This document shows positions 32,801 to 44,669 of a DNA stretch of 44,669 bases, piece after piece. Under the pieces are notes generated by a model, which had not been told where the DNA came from, searched no databases, and was given only the letters and a program-made list of their open reading frames with translations. The translations under genes were made by a program, and so were the position numbers. Location of the stretch: assembly GCA_009602725.1 (NCBI GenBank), contig WELB01000006.1:1395553-1440221 (forward strand), written 5' to 3'. How positions within the stretch are numbered: position 1 is the first letter of the stretch; every line of letters starts with the position of its first letter. The DNA is from Spirogloea muscicola. Lineage: Eukaryota.

Positions 32801-34756
32801 TTGCTGCTTGTTTGTGAGGGAGTCCTCAAGTAAGGTACGCTACTTGCTGGCATCTAACTCCCCTGCTTTCTGGATTTACAGCAAGCTACACACACAAGCT
32901 TGCACTGAACTAGGTAGAGTCACGGACCAGAGGTTTCTGGCAAAAACAGCATGTTACAAAACAATGAAGGTATTCGGTAATCTGCTGAGCCGAATACGGT
33001 CCACCAGTAGCAGTGCTTGTGCATCGCTATTGTTGGATGATAAAAGCTTGCAGACTGCGGGAGCAGTAAACAGTGGCTGTGACCACTCACATCTATCTCA
33101 ATGAGCCTGTCGATGATGGCTGCCAAAAGCTGTTCCCGCAGCGGAGTGCAACTGCACGTCTCAGCCAGCCTGAACATGGACTCTAAGTAGAGGCACAGGA
33201 ACTGCAACCACACATGACATGCAGCAAATCATGCCAATACTCAGAGCACCAAAAGCACAAGCAGCTCACTTCAAGTCCAGATGGTTGCCCTGCAGCGACG
33301 TCAGAAGATACTGGCTATCTGCGAAATCAATGACAGGTAATCACCGGTAAACACCAGTAAGGCATCGCCCTCACCTCCTTCTCAAGCCTCCGGTGGGGCA
33401 TGTGCTGGAGCACAATGGGCTGCAGGCGCAGGGTTGCAGTGGGGACCAGCTCCATGACCTGCCGCAGGCTCCCATGGACTCGTCCCAGCACCTCGTCACG
33501 TTTGGCCATCTCTTGGTCCTTGTTAGCACGGGCCTGGACGATGGCGGCCACGCCCATGGGCTGGCCGTCCACGCCGCCACGAACGCCCATGAAGGTGGGG
33601 AGGCCAGACGAGGGCGGCAAGAAGTTCCGCACGAGCATATCCAAGCACAGTGGCAAGCACGCACTGTTGGCAGAGACCTGCAAAGGACGCAACCTGTCAG
33701 ATTGAAGCAACTGCACATGACTTACACACGCAAGAGCAATATAATCAGCAAGAAAAAGATGTAGTCAACTTACAGCTTCTGATCCCGTTCTAGCAAACCC
33801 AATTTCATTGCAGACAGCCTTGCGCAAGCGAGACTGTTAGGCTCACCAGGTTTACCAATATGTCCAGCAGCACATCGACTATCTCGCTGCTGCATGTCCA
33901 CAGGCTGATGCCCAGAAGCTTCGTCAGGAGCTCCCCGTGAGCCCGTTCATCAAAGTATGATACCAACTGGGAGAAGATGCGCAGCTTTGCCTGCAATATG
34001 CGGACCCAACAGGAATGTATGGTCAGTGCTTGAGAAGGCCAAGAACGTCATGCTCTCTCCCCAGCTGCTTGTCCATGAATTACCAAACATCTCACTTCAA
34101 GAACTTGGGATGATGCTACAAGGCAACCACCATCCTGGTCAAGGGCCTACCTCGTCTGTGTGGAACTGCCCCAGCTGTTGGATGAGAATTCTGTATTGAC
34201 CTTCATTGCCCTGTGCAAGCACAACCGAAAAATTAGAGAACCTCCATGACGCTTACAGGCTCCAGCAGAGCTACCCCAGGTGAGACTGCAAACGTAGGAG
34301 ATTAGAGCTGATTAGGGTCCTCATTGACCAGGATTAGGGGAGGAGCAAGAAGAGAAGGTGCCATGGCTTTCCATAAACGTGATTGTCTCGCCTTAGAGAC
34401 CAGGGCTAGGTATCCTGTCTCCTGTGTTACGTCTCCCGGCATGGCGCTGCTTCTGTCCACCCATCTACTGAGCTCAAAGGCACCTCTCACTATAAAAGCT
34501 TGCAATATTGACACCTCGCTGCATTATCGGGCGCTGCTGCGGCAGTCGACCTGCAGCGGCTTACAATCAGCTCGAGCCTCTGCGGGACTGACTGTCACAT
34601 GCCGGCTCGATCAAGCGACTTGCAGCCTGTGGGAAGACCGGCCCTGTACTCGCTTCTTCATGTTGAGCGCGTCGATGATGCCCTGCCGCACCGCCCTGAG
34701 CGCGTCGCCGTGGCTCGACGGCGCCCGGGCGGCCGCCTCGGGCGGGCCTGCGGCCG
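29868..34756 (-). CDS. RRN3: RNA polymerase I transcription initiation factor RRN3; 5' end lies in the N-gap
   Basis: In-frame spliced exons: CLDMLVRNFLPP, IIDRLIEID|VEIRWEDI, MADKMDHIM, TILDTYKSKFTQ|FLLFY, RMAAAAYLASFLSRAKYL, VFYSAFQ|ALLYTLCFR and LDTFFPFDPY, followed by an acidic tail. Confidence 0.93.
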
Positions 34757-35561
34757 NNNNNNNNNNNNNNNNNNNNNNNNNNNNNNNNNNNNNNNNNNNN
34801 NNNNNNNNNNNNNNNNNNNNNNNNNNNNNNNNNNNNNNNNNNNNNNNNNNNNNNNNNNNNNNNNNNNNNNNNNNNNNNNNNNNNNNNNNNNNNNNNNNNN
34901 NNNNNNNNNNNNNNNNNNNNNNNNNNNNNNNNNNNNNNNNNNNNNNNNNNNNNNNNNNNNNNNNNNNNNNNNNNNNNNNNNNNNNNNNNNNNNNNNNNNN
35001 NNNNNNNNNNNNNNNNNNNNNNNNNNNNNNNNNNNNNNNNNNNNNNNNNNNNNNNNNNNNNNNNNNNNNNNNNNNNNNNNNNNNNNNNNNNNNNNNNNNN
35101 NNNNNNNNNNNNNNNNNNNNNNNNNNNNNNNNNNNNNNNNNNNNNNNNNNNNNNNNNNNNNNNNNNNNNNNNNNNNNNNNNNNNNNNNNNNNNNNNNNNN
35201 NNNNNNNNNNNNNNNNNNNNNNNNNNNNNNNNNNNNNNNNNNNNNNNNNNNNNNNNNNNNNNNNNNNNNNNNNNNNNNNNNNNNNNNNNNNNNNNNNNNN
35301 NNNNNNNNNNNNNNNNNNNNNNNNNNNNNNNNNNNNNNNNNNNNNNNNNNNNNNNNNNNNGGCGGCGGTGGCGGCGGCGGCACAGGCATATTGGCGCGGC
35401 TGTGAGGCGAACGTCCCCGAGGGGCTGGCAGGCCGTCGCGGCAGCGCCGCCGGCCAGCGGCGGTCATGACCGCCATGGCCGCCGCGGGCGGCCGGCCTCG
35501 CCACCGCTGAGGACGGCTTCTCCCGGCCACGTTCCTGCGAGCCGGCGGCTCGGCGCCGCTC

Positions 35562-38018
35562 ATGTGGGAGGCGGTGCTGCTCACGCTGCTGGCTGCCGCC
35601 GGCAACAACATCGGCAAGGTGCTCCAGAAGAAGGGCACCAAGGGCCTGCCCCGCCTCACCCTCGACTCCAAGGTGATCATTTTGCCAGCCAGGCCAGCTG
35701 CAGTGGTCTGGTACTTTGGCCAGGCCTTGAGACGTCCATCTCTGCTGCCTGCCGCCAGAACCTCTGCAACCCCTGTCTGCTCTTCTCATCCTCCCTTGAT
35801 ATCCCTTAACAAGGTGACTGAGCGGTACTTTCTTCCGTGTCTTTGGCACCGTCAGCTGTGTTGTTTTGGACTGACAGCTGACACTGTTGCATTGGGGAGT
35901 TGTATGCAGATACTGTACACTTATCTCAGCAGCCGCACATGGGTGCTCGGTCTCATTGTTGATGTTAGCGGCGCTCTCTTGATGCTCCAAGCCGTGGCCC
36001 GAGCTCCGGTGAGTGGAGAGCCGCTGATGCATTTGTCATTGTTCAATTGCCTTGATGGTCCATGCAGAAATGCAGGGGGCTTACAGCTGATCAAAGCACG
36101 CGCCGGAGGTGTTTCCCAGGTTTCTGTCGTCCAGCCAGTGTCTGGTTGCGGCTTAGCCATCCTGGCTATATTCTCACACTTTTACCTCAAAGAGGCTCTT
36201 TACCCTCGAGATTGGATTGGCATCACTGCTGCTGCCTTGGGTACAGTCGGTGAGGTGCCGTGGCTCTACTCGATTACCCTGTCTGCTTAGAGGCCGTATG
36301 AGTGGCCCCTTCTCGCGTGAGGCTTTCTCTGCGTCAAGTTCTCCCAGCATTGCGCCCTGCTGGCCTCTGGAGTCCCTCCTTCCTTCTTCGGCAGATCACA
36401 TTGGGCCCTATTACATGCCCAAGCAAACAAGGGCGCAAGTCTCTCTCGGGTCACCAGAGGGGCGGTCAGAGACCTCATTGTATCGTGCTTTATCAGCCTT
36501 CAGCTGTCAGATGCCCCTACCTCTGTACCTTTACAGGTGTTGGATTGACTGCAGAGGAGCAGAGAAGCAAAGCCGTCAGCTGGCTGCGAATGGTCATATT
36601 TGTCTTTGGACTGCTGCTTGTTGTGGTGAGCATGGCTTGGAGCAACTCATTGCCTAGTTCTTCGCTCAGTGTCAGTGAACAGTACCTTGAGATGTCTGAG
36701 GCTGCTGTAGTGACCTGCCATAAGAAGTATGTAAGGCAACCGGCAGAAAGAGCTTGTCAGGTGATGCTCTCACTGCCACTGCTGTAGGTGCTCGTAGAAT
36801 TGGGAGCTCACCAGGTCAAGCTTCAAAGGAGACAGTCTGAGCTTCCAACCCCTGTTCCGTCCATAGGGGTAAGTACAGCTCAGCATGGTCCTGACTGGCG
36901 AGATGCTTCCCAAAAGATATATAAAAGCATGACCAATGTGGTATGACCAGTGCAGTGCAATATAAGTCCTGGATAGTCGAAGCGGCTGAATTAGCAGTTG
37001 ATGGCAATGTGACGTGTAGTGCAGGCTCATTCAGCTGACGTCTTGGAGGAAGTTGCTGCTGGCCTCCAAGCCGGTGCTTGCTTTGGGTAATGGCGTTACT
37101 GCTTGCTGGTTCATACCAAGTGCAAACGAACATGTATTTCAATTTGCTAACTGGACATCAAATTTTCTCGCAGCCTCCCCTTCTCATCTTGCCACGTGTC
37201 CTTCTGCTGAGATTGTGGCCCCTTTTGCATGAAAGCTTGTCAGCGGCAGCTTCGAGGACGGGCTTTCTGCTTGTTCAGCAAGGTCACTCCAAGCTCTTGG
37301 CCCCTCTGGGCATAGCAACGAGCATAGGCTTGAGCAGCGGGGGCTTCATTTGCCAGGTAGGCAAGCTTGATTGTGGTACTGGTTGACGTGGCCGTCGAAG
37401 GTATCCGAGAAATCAGAGGCTTGGTTGTGCAGGTTCGGCTTGGGCGCTTGCTACATAGGCTCTTGTGGGGGTCCTTTTTCTGTGTTGGAGTGCTTAAGCT
37501 GGTCATAGCAGATTGGGCATGCGCATCAAGGAGTTTCTGGGCTGAGCCGCCACCCTTTTGGTGTGGCAGACTCGAGGCTTCAAGGAAGGAAGAGCTGTGG
37601 TCGTGTCCACATCAGCTGCTGCGGCGGCCATTCTTGTGGGAGTCACTGTTGGGCTCTTTGCTCTTGGGGAAGCCTTTCCAGCGGGCTTTATGGCTCGTGT
37701 GCTCCAGCTCGCTAGCTGGTAGGGCATACCCTCATTCCTGATTAGCGAAGTGAACGTGCTGCAAGTGAATGTCCATGTATATCAGACTCATGTATGCGTC
37801 CAGCTGACAGATATTTTATCATGCACAGGTTCTGTATCCTGGTCGGCATGATGCTCCTCCTCCAGCAGGGCAAGGCTGGCCCCACTATTCCCCGCATGCT
37901 TCGGATGTTGAAGCGGCGGAGAGCAAGCACAGGGCGGACTCTGACGAGGTCTGCCTCCCTCATCGCGACACCATCCCCGCCCCCTGCTGTTAAGCCACCT
38001 GTCAAATACAATGAGTGA
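35562..38018 (+). CDS. NIPA9: Probable magnesium transporter NIPA9-like (NIPA/DUF803, DMT superfamily)
   Basis: MWEAVLLTLLAAAGNNIGKVLQKKGT; APVSVVQPVSGCGLAILAIFSHFYLKE; EEVAAGLQAGACFG|LSAAASR; Q|TRGFKEGRAVVVST. Nine in-frame exons; TGA at 38016-38018. Confidence 0.88.
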
Positions 38019-38979
38019 GCACCACTTCGAAGAGTGCGCGATGGCTTTGCCTCCATTCTACCTTCATTTACATTTTAGTGGCAGACAGGTGGCACTGGCA
38101 CCATTTTCATGCTCACTTGCGGGCAATCTGAGCCCAACCGAGCACATGTAACCCAATTGCTGACGGCAACTCCCACACACACCTTCCCCAAAGTGCCCAC
38201 CCAAGCACGGGGGCATGATCATGGCAAAGACTATTGAATGGAGGATGACGAAACAAGTGCGCGCCAGCACCGCTGCACAGGGTCTCGCCACTGCCTCTGC
38301 GCAAGGCCGCGCTGCCGCTGTTTGAAGGGCCTTGCTGCCACTACGCCACAACACCTAACTGCCACCTAATTGCACGGCCTTGCCGACGCCGCCCCGCAAG
38401 CTTGCCGCCACTGTCGCCACTGCCACTCGCAGCCTCCTACCGCTATCGCTGCAAATCTGCTCTAAGGGGCTGCCAATAACTGTTGAAAAAGTCTGGGTTG
38501 GCCTTCTCACTACTCGTTGAGATAATGTCCCGGATGAGGCGCAACTCTTGACTGTGCCTTGTTTCTGGGACTTCATCCGCGTGCGGGTGGCTGCTCTTGG
38601 CTCTTCTAGTTCCCGCCCTCCATTGTAGTGCTCCTGAGCTCATCTTCCACTTGCAGGCGTCCGTCTTGCACGCGAAGCACCGGTGTCTCCATCAATAAAG
38701 CATCCTTGGGGTCACACGACTATGGGTCAGCACAGCCGGAGTCTGGTCAACAACTACACGTGCTTGCTGTCTGGAAGCTGTTGGATGCAGAGGCAGGGCC
38801 CCTCTTGTAGAGAGAGCCCCGGCTGGCGCGTGGGCGCCTGGGGCGCCCCTCCATGGCAGAGTGTCGGCACGCCGGAGAACCTACAAGCAACTGGCTGCTG
38901 TGCAGCCACCACATGGCAGGCTGTGAGGCGAGGACAAGCTAAAGCTGCCAACACAGATCATTCGCAGCATCTGTTTGAG

Positions 38980-39480
38980 TACTGGGTCTATGACTGCTAA
39001 AACGTCGCCACTCGGGAGAGTGAGTAGTGTCGTTAGCATGGGGACAACGTCTGGCAGTCTAGATGTACTCCACAACTACGTCAAGATAGTGCTACCTGAT
39101 GGACAGTATCCGTCACGGAGGCCAGACGTGGGATCAGGTTATGATGACTGGGGTAAGGCAGCCGAAGTCAGCGGTCAAAGTTGTGCGCCACCTGATGGTA
39201 AGTATGGTCCTCCATCATCCAGCATCTGGCCCCGTTGATTGACACGCGTCGTCGCAGTCGGGGGGCAGCTTGGGACATACTAGCATTTTGCAGGCAATAG
39301 TTGCATATCGTAGCGGATTGGGCTTAAAACCTTTTCAGCCTGCATTCACACTCTAACCTCAGCGTCCCTCATGATAGGGCTTCAATTTATGTAGCCCCCC
39401 TTTTGCATAGCTTTTGCCTGAACAGGGGTATTTGCTGAAATTGGCCCTCCCTTGCTCCCAGGCGCACCGCGCGCCTTCCC
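38980..39480 (+). mobile_element. Heavily decayed CRE 3' fragment (subfamily B) with internal deletions
   Basis: 39205-39310 aligns with the reverse complement of 44440-44335. Ends in the shared gcgcaccgcgcgccttc motif. Confidence 0.65.
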
Positions 39481-39486
39481 CATTGG

Positions 39487-39700
39487 GCGACGAGTATCGG
39501 CCTGTTTGCATCGTGTTCAGGCTCACGCTTTGCACCGGAAAGCTGGGCGAGCTTTCGTTGGTGGCAGAAGGGGTTCGACTCTGCCATCTGGTACTCGGGC
39601 ATCGGTCAGCGACCGTTACGTATTGACCCGTGCTTATTGAGCAGGTCAATCGGCAGTGGTGACTACGTCATTAGATGTGCTTGCCTTTGTACTTGGCCAA
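39487..39700 (+). mobile_element. CRE 3' fragment (subfamily A)
   Basis: RRVSACLHRVQAHALHRKAGRA...SDRYVLTRAY*, then UTR atgtgcttgcctttgtacttggcc shared with 41746-41770. Confidence 0.75.
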
Positions 39701-40249
39701 TTTGGCCTTCGTTTGTTACATGTACACGAATACTCGGGCAGGGAGCGAGCCGGTGATCTGCTATGGATGAATCTCCTTGAGGCCCAACGAGGATTGGCGC
39801 CCCAAATCCCTATTGTAAACCAGGAGAGTTTGCATTTGCAAGTGACCCTTGAAAGCAGGACACCATAAACAGAACCTCATCACCTCCTACCCGCCTTTAG
39901 CAAACGAGCCTGTTGACTTTGCAACCTGGGGTCACGGTGCTGATTCACTCACCACTTACCATTTACAACTTGCCACTTACCAGTTGCCATTTACTGGTGC
40001 TGCAGATGAGACACCAATCAAACCTCTCCCAGATGCTCTCAGAGCGATGCTCGTGGCCAGGCGCGGCTCCTGGCCTTTTCGCTTGAAGCGGCTGAGTTGC
40101 TCCGTGCCTTCTTCTTGTAAGCAAGCTAGCGGAAGGAGAGTGCTTTGCTCTGCAATGCTCTGCGTCCCTGGCTTGCTTTAGCTCCCCTGTGTTTGGCTGG
40201 GGTAACACAGTATAGTTGTGCTTCATTGATGAGGATGCTTAGATTTTTG

Positions 40250-40616
40250 GCGCCCACATGCTCAGGTCCTCGACAGCGAGCGCACGAGCTCTCACAACCT
40301 CCTGCATGATGTATGGCATCGTGCGGAAGAGGGATATAAGTGGCTCTGAGGAGCACCAGGGTGATGCCCATACAACTTCGCAATGGGGTACCTCGATCGA
40401 GGCGTGTAAATCTGGTGAGCCCCCCCCTTGGAAAACTGCAAGCGGTTGCTCACGGACGTCATACTTACCAATAGCTTCCCAAGAAAAGCCCTATTGGCTG
40501 CTGGCTGTTTGTTAGCCAGCTTTTGGCTACTCCCAGCTCATTACCCAGTTAACAGGACATTTGTAAGGCTAGAATTGACCTCCCTTTCAATTTCACGCGC
40601 ACCGCGCCCGTCCTCA
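40250..40616 (+). mobile_element. Decayed CRE 3' fragment (subfamily B)
   Basis: cacatgctc...ctcacaacctcctg...atgtatggcatcgtgcggaag aligns with 42038-42121; 40540-40610 aligns with 42700-42770. Confidence 0.65.
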
Positions 40617-40627
40617 AATTGTGGAGA

Positions 40628-40965
40628 TGGCTGAGCAGAAGAAGACAGTACAAGGACACGCTCCTGGGGATACCACCTACCCGCTGGCCATGGACATCCA
40701 TGAACGTGATGGAGTCAGTGGTCCTCGTTACTATTGCTGCTGGCCTCTCAAGCTGACCAGCGGCACGGCGAGCAGGTTGCAGCACTCCCTGCCTGGAGGC
40801 TCCAGGCCATTTGTCGTGTCATATTACCGCATTGGACGCTCCATGTCCCTGCCGTCCCACTTGCTTGCTTTGCTCGTGCCGTCGCGCCCTTGCTGCAGCC
40901 TCTGGCTTGCGCAGCAGGCTCTTCATCCCTCCAGCTCATCTGACTTCCTTTTGTTGACATCGAGC
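40628..40965 (+). mobile_element. CRE 3' fragment (subfamily C)
   Basis: AEQKK..PGDTTYPLAMDIH, YYRIGRSMSL and SDFLLLTS; DNA aligns with the reverse complement of 43640-43430. Confidence 0.7.
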
Positions 40966-41329
40966 AAAAGCCCTTTTGTGCAGCCTGTGGCACGGTGGAG
41001 TGTTGCACTTCCTGATTCCCTCTGCATGAGCTTTTACAGCTGCCCCTTAGTGTCAGCAACCACGCATCCTCTTGGCAGAGAGAGGGCGCGCAGTGCACAT
41101 GAAAGAAAGAAAGACAGCCTAAACCGAGCCTGTAGTGACCTGCTCTTTCAGCTGGAGTAGCACATGGGACCCTGCCCTTCCAAACCTCCCTCTCTGACGT
41201 TTGCAGAGACCTCCTCCGCTCCTTCCCATCACTCGCGGCAGATCAGATCAATTTTGCGGCGTGGGCAAGTTGCTTTGACCCGAAGGCTCAAGCTCGTTTC
41301 TCACGCTCACCAATTGAGCAAGCCATGTG

Positions 41330-41810
41330 CCACCTGGCCACGCAGTGGGAGGTGCTGAGCAGAAAAAGCTCCGACACTACTCAGACTACCCCCGCAGTGA
41401 CCACCTCCTCCCGGCCGCAATCGACACTTTCGGCTGCTTGGGTCCTCGCTTCCATACCCTACTCGAGAACATAGCGAGTCTGGGATATGCACGACGCGAG
41501 GATATGCTCCCAGCCCAGATGGGTATGCCGGCAGCCTATCTGTCATTTCTGCGACGTCGAGTGTCAACCTGTCTGCAACGAGCTCAGGCGTATGCTCTGC
41601 ATCAGAAAGCTGGTCGAGCCTTAGCTGCTGGCACAAGAGCTAGTCAATTGCCGTCCGGTATTCGAGCGTCAGCTAGCGACCTCTATGTGCTGACTCGTGG
41701 TTACTGAGCGGGTCAGCTTAGCAGCAGGTGACGTACATTTGTCCAATGTGCTTGCCTTTGTACTTGGCCACACATGGCCTCCCCATCTCTTAATATACAC
41801 GCATTTTCTC
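41330..41810 (+). mobile_element. CRE 3' fragment (subfamily A), open endonuclease C-terminus
   Basis: AEQKKLRHYSDYPRSDHLLPAAIDTFGCLG...FLRRRVSTCLQRAQAYALHQKAGRA...DLYVLTRGY*. Confidence 0.82.
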
Positions 41811-42780
41811 AAAGCTCTGCTCAAGGAGGATGGGCGTGGGCTCTCTCTCGTCTACACTCAATCAGCTCTCCGGGAGCGTCGGAAGGGCTCAACGCTCTGC
41901 CATCTACAAATCGGTCCCTCTCTGACGACCTCTTCCGGACGGCCGTCCACCACCATCTCGGCCTCCATCCACTTTGTTTGGCGGGCATTCGACAGTGTGA
42001 ATATGGCCGCCGTTCAGAGGGTGAGATCTCATTAGCTCACATGCTTCAATGTGTTGAGGGAAGTGAACGTAATGCCTCCCACAATCTTCTCAGAGACGCT
42101 ATGTATGGCTTGGTGCGTAAGGCAGGTTATCATGCGGCCAGGAGGTGCCGGGCATCATGCCGGTACTCCAGAGGCGTGGCAGGCCTTACGTCAGACGTCT
42201 GGATGTGGTGGCCACCCCCCGGAGTGGTGGGCCTCGTCTTCTCCTCGACATCGTTCTCATCGACGCATTCCAACCAGGGGCACCCACGCCGACTATGCCA
42301 GGTTGGGCTACACATCATGCGGAGAAGAAAGAGAAGGAGCGCCATGATAAGGACCACCCCCGGGGCGACCACTTCCTCCCATGCGCCATGGACATATACG
42401 GCGGCTGCAGAACCAAGTGGCCTTCTCTCCTCCATCGGCACAGCATGTCGATGCCCGCTGACGTAGTCGGGCGGGTAGCTTATGGTTTTCTACCATCCCG
42501 CAAGCCATCGTTGCCTGCTATCGAGTGCGGCTATCATTGAGTCTGCAGCTCTTCCAGGCACTAGCGATATTTCAGCGTGCTGGGCGGGCATCAGGCCAGG
42601 CTAATGGCTTCCGTGGTGGTGGTCTGGCTCTCCTTAGCTTAGCTTGTCAGATATGTATGTGCTCACTGGAGATTTTTAAAGCCCCCCTTAGCTAACTCAT
42701 TACCCCGTTACCAGGACATTTGTGAGGCTAGAATTGGCCTCTCTTTCCATGTCAAGCGCACCGCGCGCCTTCTCTCTTTA
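41811..42780 (+). mobile_element. CRE 3' fragment (subfamily B): linker, zinc knuckle and restriction-like endonuclease, frameshifted
   Basis: RLHSISSPGASEGLNALPS..LSDDLFRTAVHHHLGL; C..C..AHMLQC..HNLLRD; RRLDVV..LLLDIVL..AEKK..HFLPCAMDIYGG. Ends in the gcgcaccgcgcgccttctctc motif. Confidence 0.85.
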
Positions 42781-42899
42781 GACAGGCAAAGTAGGAGGTC
42801 AGGTCCTGGTTGATTTCGGACATTAGAGGATTCAGGAGCAAAACCACCTGCACAGTAAAGCACTCGCGCGTTTGCGCCGTGGACGATTCGCCTTGTGGG

Positions 42900-43146
42900 G
42901 GCCGCCGTCATGCAGCGTCCGCACCTCTTTGGCACCAGTAGGCAGCTAGCCCTCCAAGGGCCAGCCACTAACACCTCGCAGCGAGCCGGCTGCGATTTGC
43001 GGCAATGGGCTGTGGCAGCGGGCAGCAGCAGTACTGCGCCTCTCTCTGCCCACCCTCTCTCTCTGGCCACCCCTACTCTTCCGTGGCGGCGCTCCGGCTC
43101 CCCAACTTACCCGTCAGTTTTGTATGTGCTCACCTGTTGGTACTAA
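42900..43146 (+). mobile_element. Decayed CRE 3' fragment
   Basis: Ends LYVLTCWY* (gtgctcacctgttggtactaa), resembling the LTRGY* terminus. Confidence 0.45.
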
Positions 43147-43399
43147 CGTCAGCTGGTAGTATAGCTACCTTAGCATAGGGCGTTTCATGTTGTTTGCGCT
43201 TTTCGCAGGAGACTGCCATGGGCAGCCCAGGAAGGGTCAGGGAATGAGTGGTTGGGGTGAAGAGGGGCAACAAAAGAGTGCGGCTGCTGGTACTTAAAGA
43301 GCGGCTGTTAAAGGCCAGCCAGATGCATACAGGTGTTCATGACGGAGCCACAGGCTAGGCAGACTGGGCGCTCTTAGAAACCCCGTGTCAGCAGGAGGA

Positions 43400-43657
43400 A
43401 GTCAGATGAGCTGAGGGGAGAAAGAGCAATCCCGCTGCGCAAGCCAGAGGCTGCTGTAAGGGCGCGACTGGCTCGGCGGAGCAAAGCACGCGCTTGGGAC
43501 CGCTATAGGAACATGGATAAACGCATGCAGTAGCAGGACAGAAGAAAGGCACCGAGCCTCCAGGAAGTGCTGCACCCTATTCGCGACGCCGCTGGTCAGC
43601 TGGAGAGGCCAGCAGCGCAAAGGACGAGGACCACCGACCCTCGTGACACCCGTGGAA
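43400..43657 (-). mobile_element. CRE 3' fragment (subfamily C), inverted relative to 40628-40965
   Basis: gctgctggcctctccagctgaccagcggc...gcagcctctggcttgcgcag is shared with 40736-40915. Confidence 0.7.
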
Positions 43658-44045
43658 TGCGTGTTTAAAGAGATGGAGGGCCATGTGTGGCCAAGTACAA
43701 ATGCAAGCACATTGACAATTGTACATCACCTGCTGCTGAGCTGACCCGCTCAGTATCCACGAGTCAGCACATAGAGGTCGCTAATTGATGCCCGAATACC
43801 AGACGGCAATCGACAAGCTCTTGTGCTAACAGCTAAAGCTCGACCAGCTTTCTGATGCAACGCATGAGCCTGAGCTCGCTGCAGACAAGCTTACACTCGA
43901 CGACGCAAGAATGACAAGTATGCTGCCGGCATGCTCATCTGAGCTGGAAGCATATCCTCACGTCGGGCGGATCCCAAGCTTGCAATATTCTGCAGTAAGG
44001 TGTGGTAGCGAGAGCTCATGCAGCCAAAAGTGTCGATTGCCGCCA
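43658..44045 (-). mobile_element. CRE 3' fragment (subfamily A), inverted relative to 41410-41805
   Basis: gcaatcgacacttt...gctgactcgtggatactgagcgggtcagc...tgtacttggccacacatggcc is collinear with 41417-41780. Confidence 0.82.
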
Positions 44046-44669
44046 GAAGAGAGAAGGCGCGCGGGGCGCATGAATTGAAAGGGAGGCCAATTCAAGCCAT
44101 TGTTCAGGCAGAGTCGAGTGCAGACTAAACAATGCTACATAATACGGAGACCTAATCTAAGGTACCTAAGATGACATTAGTACCCACGGGTGAGCACAAA
44201 CAAATCTGACAAGCTAACTTGGGGAGCTGGAGCGCCGCCACGAAAGCCGGAGGCCTGACTTAGAGCGCGCCCTGCACGTTCATGAAGAGCCAATGCTTGC
44301 GAGCGCTGCAAACTAAGCGAGAGCCGCATTCTATAATATGCAACTAAGGCCTGCGGAATGCTGGAGTGGCCCAAGCTGCCCCCCCGACTTCGACGACGCG
44401 CATCAACCAGCCGGGCCAGATGCTGGATCAGGGAGGACCATTTCACGCCGTAGCCTCCTTAGATATCCAAGGCACACGGGTAAAGATGGTCCCCTCGAGG
44501 ATGATCATGGTAGTGCCGCTCCTTCTTGCGCTCCGCGCTGGACGTGGCCCAGCCAGACACGGTTGACGTTGGTGCGCCAGCCTTGTATGCGTCGATCAGT
44601 ACCACGTCCAAGAGCAGACGAGGCCCACCGCCCCGCGGGGTAGCGACCACGTCCAGACGCCGCCCAGAG
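44046..44669 (-). mobile_element. CRE 3' fragment (subfamily B), running off the window end
   Basis: RRLDVVATPRGGGPRLLLDVVLID..AERKKERHYHDHPRGDHLYPCALDI* ...YYRMRLSLSLQRSQALALHERAGRA...LFVLTRGY*, followed by the B-type terminal motif at 44095-44046. Confidence 0.85.

Noticed and set aside
38380..38980. Possible further CRE-derived sequence (LARGRLGRPS resembling the GGLG motif); likewise 39740-40250
   Set aside because: Too decayed to support by eye; not listed as features.

Overview
Eukaryotic, intron-rich genomic scaffold with N-gaps. Gene content and plant-type orthologues suggest a streptophyte green alga or plant-lineage genome (inference). Seven multi-exon genes can be traced by hand: a U2AF65-like RRM protein (+), an NSUN2/TRM4 tRNA m5C methyltransferase (-), a RECQ1-type helicase (-, with two apparent 1-nt frameshifts), a cyanobacterial-type TPR protein (+), a GPP/GS1-like HAD phosphatase (+), RRN3 (-) and a NIPA9-like transporter (+). 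Two transposon-derived blocks interrupt them. The block at about 11.5-19 kb holds a ~370-bp fold-back hairpin, a decayed PIF/Harbinger element with an inverted duplicate of its transposase, and CRE-type (restriction-like endonuclease) non-LTR retrotransposon pieces. The block at about 38.7-44.7 kb is a head-to-tail chain of about ten short 3'-terminal CRE fragments from several subfamilies that switches strand near 43.2 kb. The most unusual signals are these chained endonuclease-tail arrays, the recurring inverted-repeat architecture, a conserved 3' stem-loop module, intronic telomere-like repeats in sense orientation, and the frameshifted RECQ1. All alignments were made by eye and boundaries are approximate.
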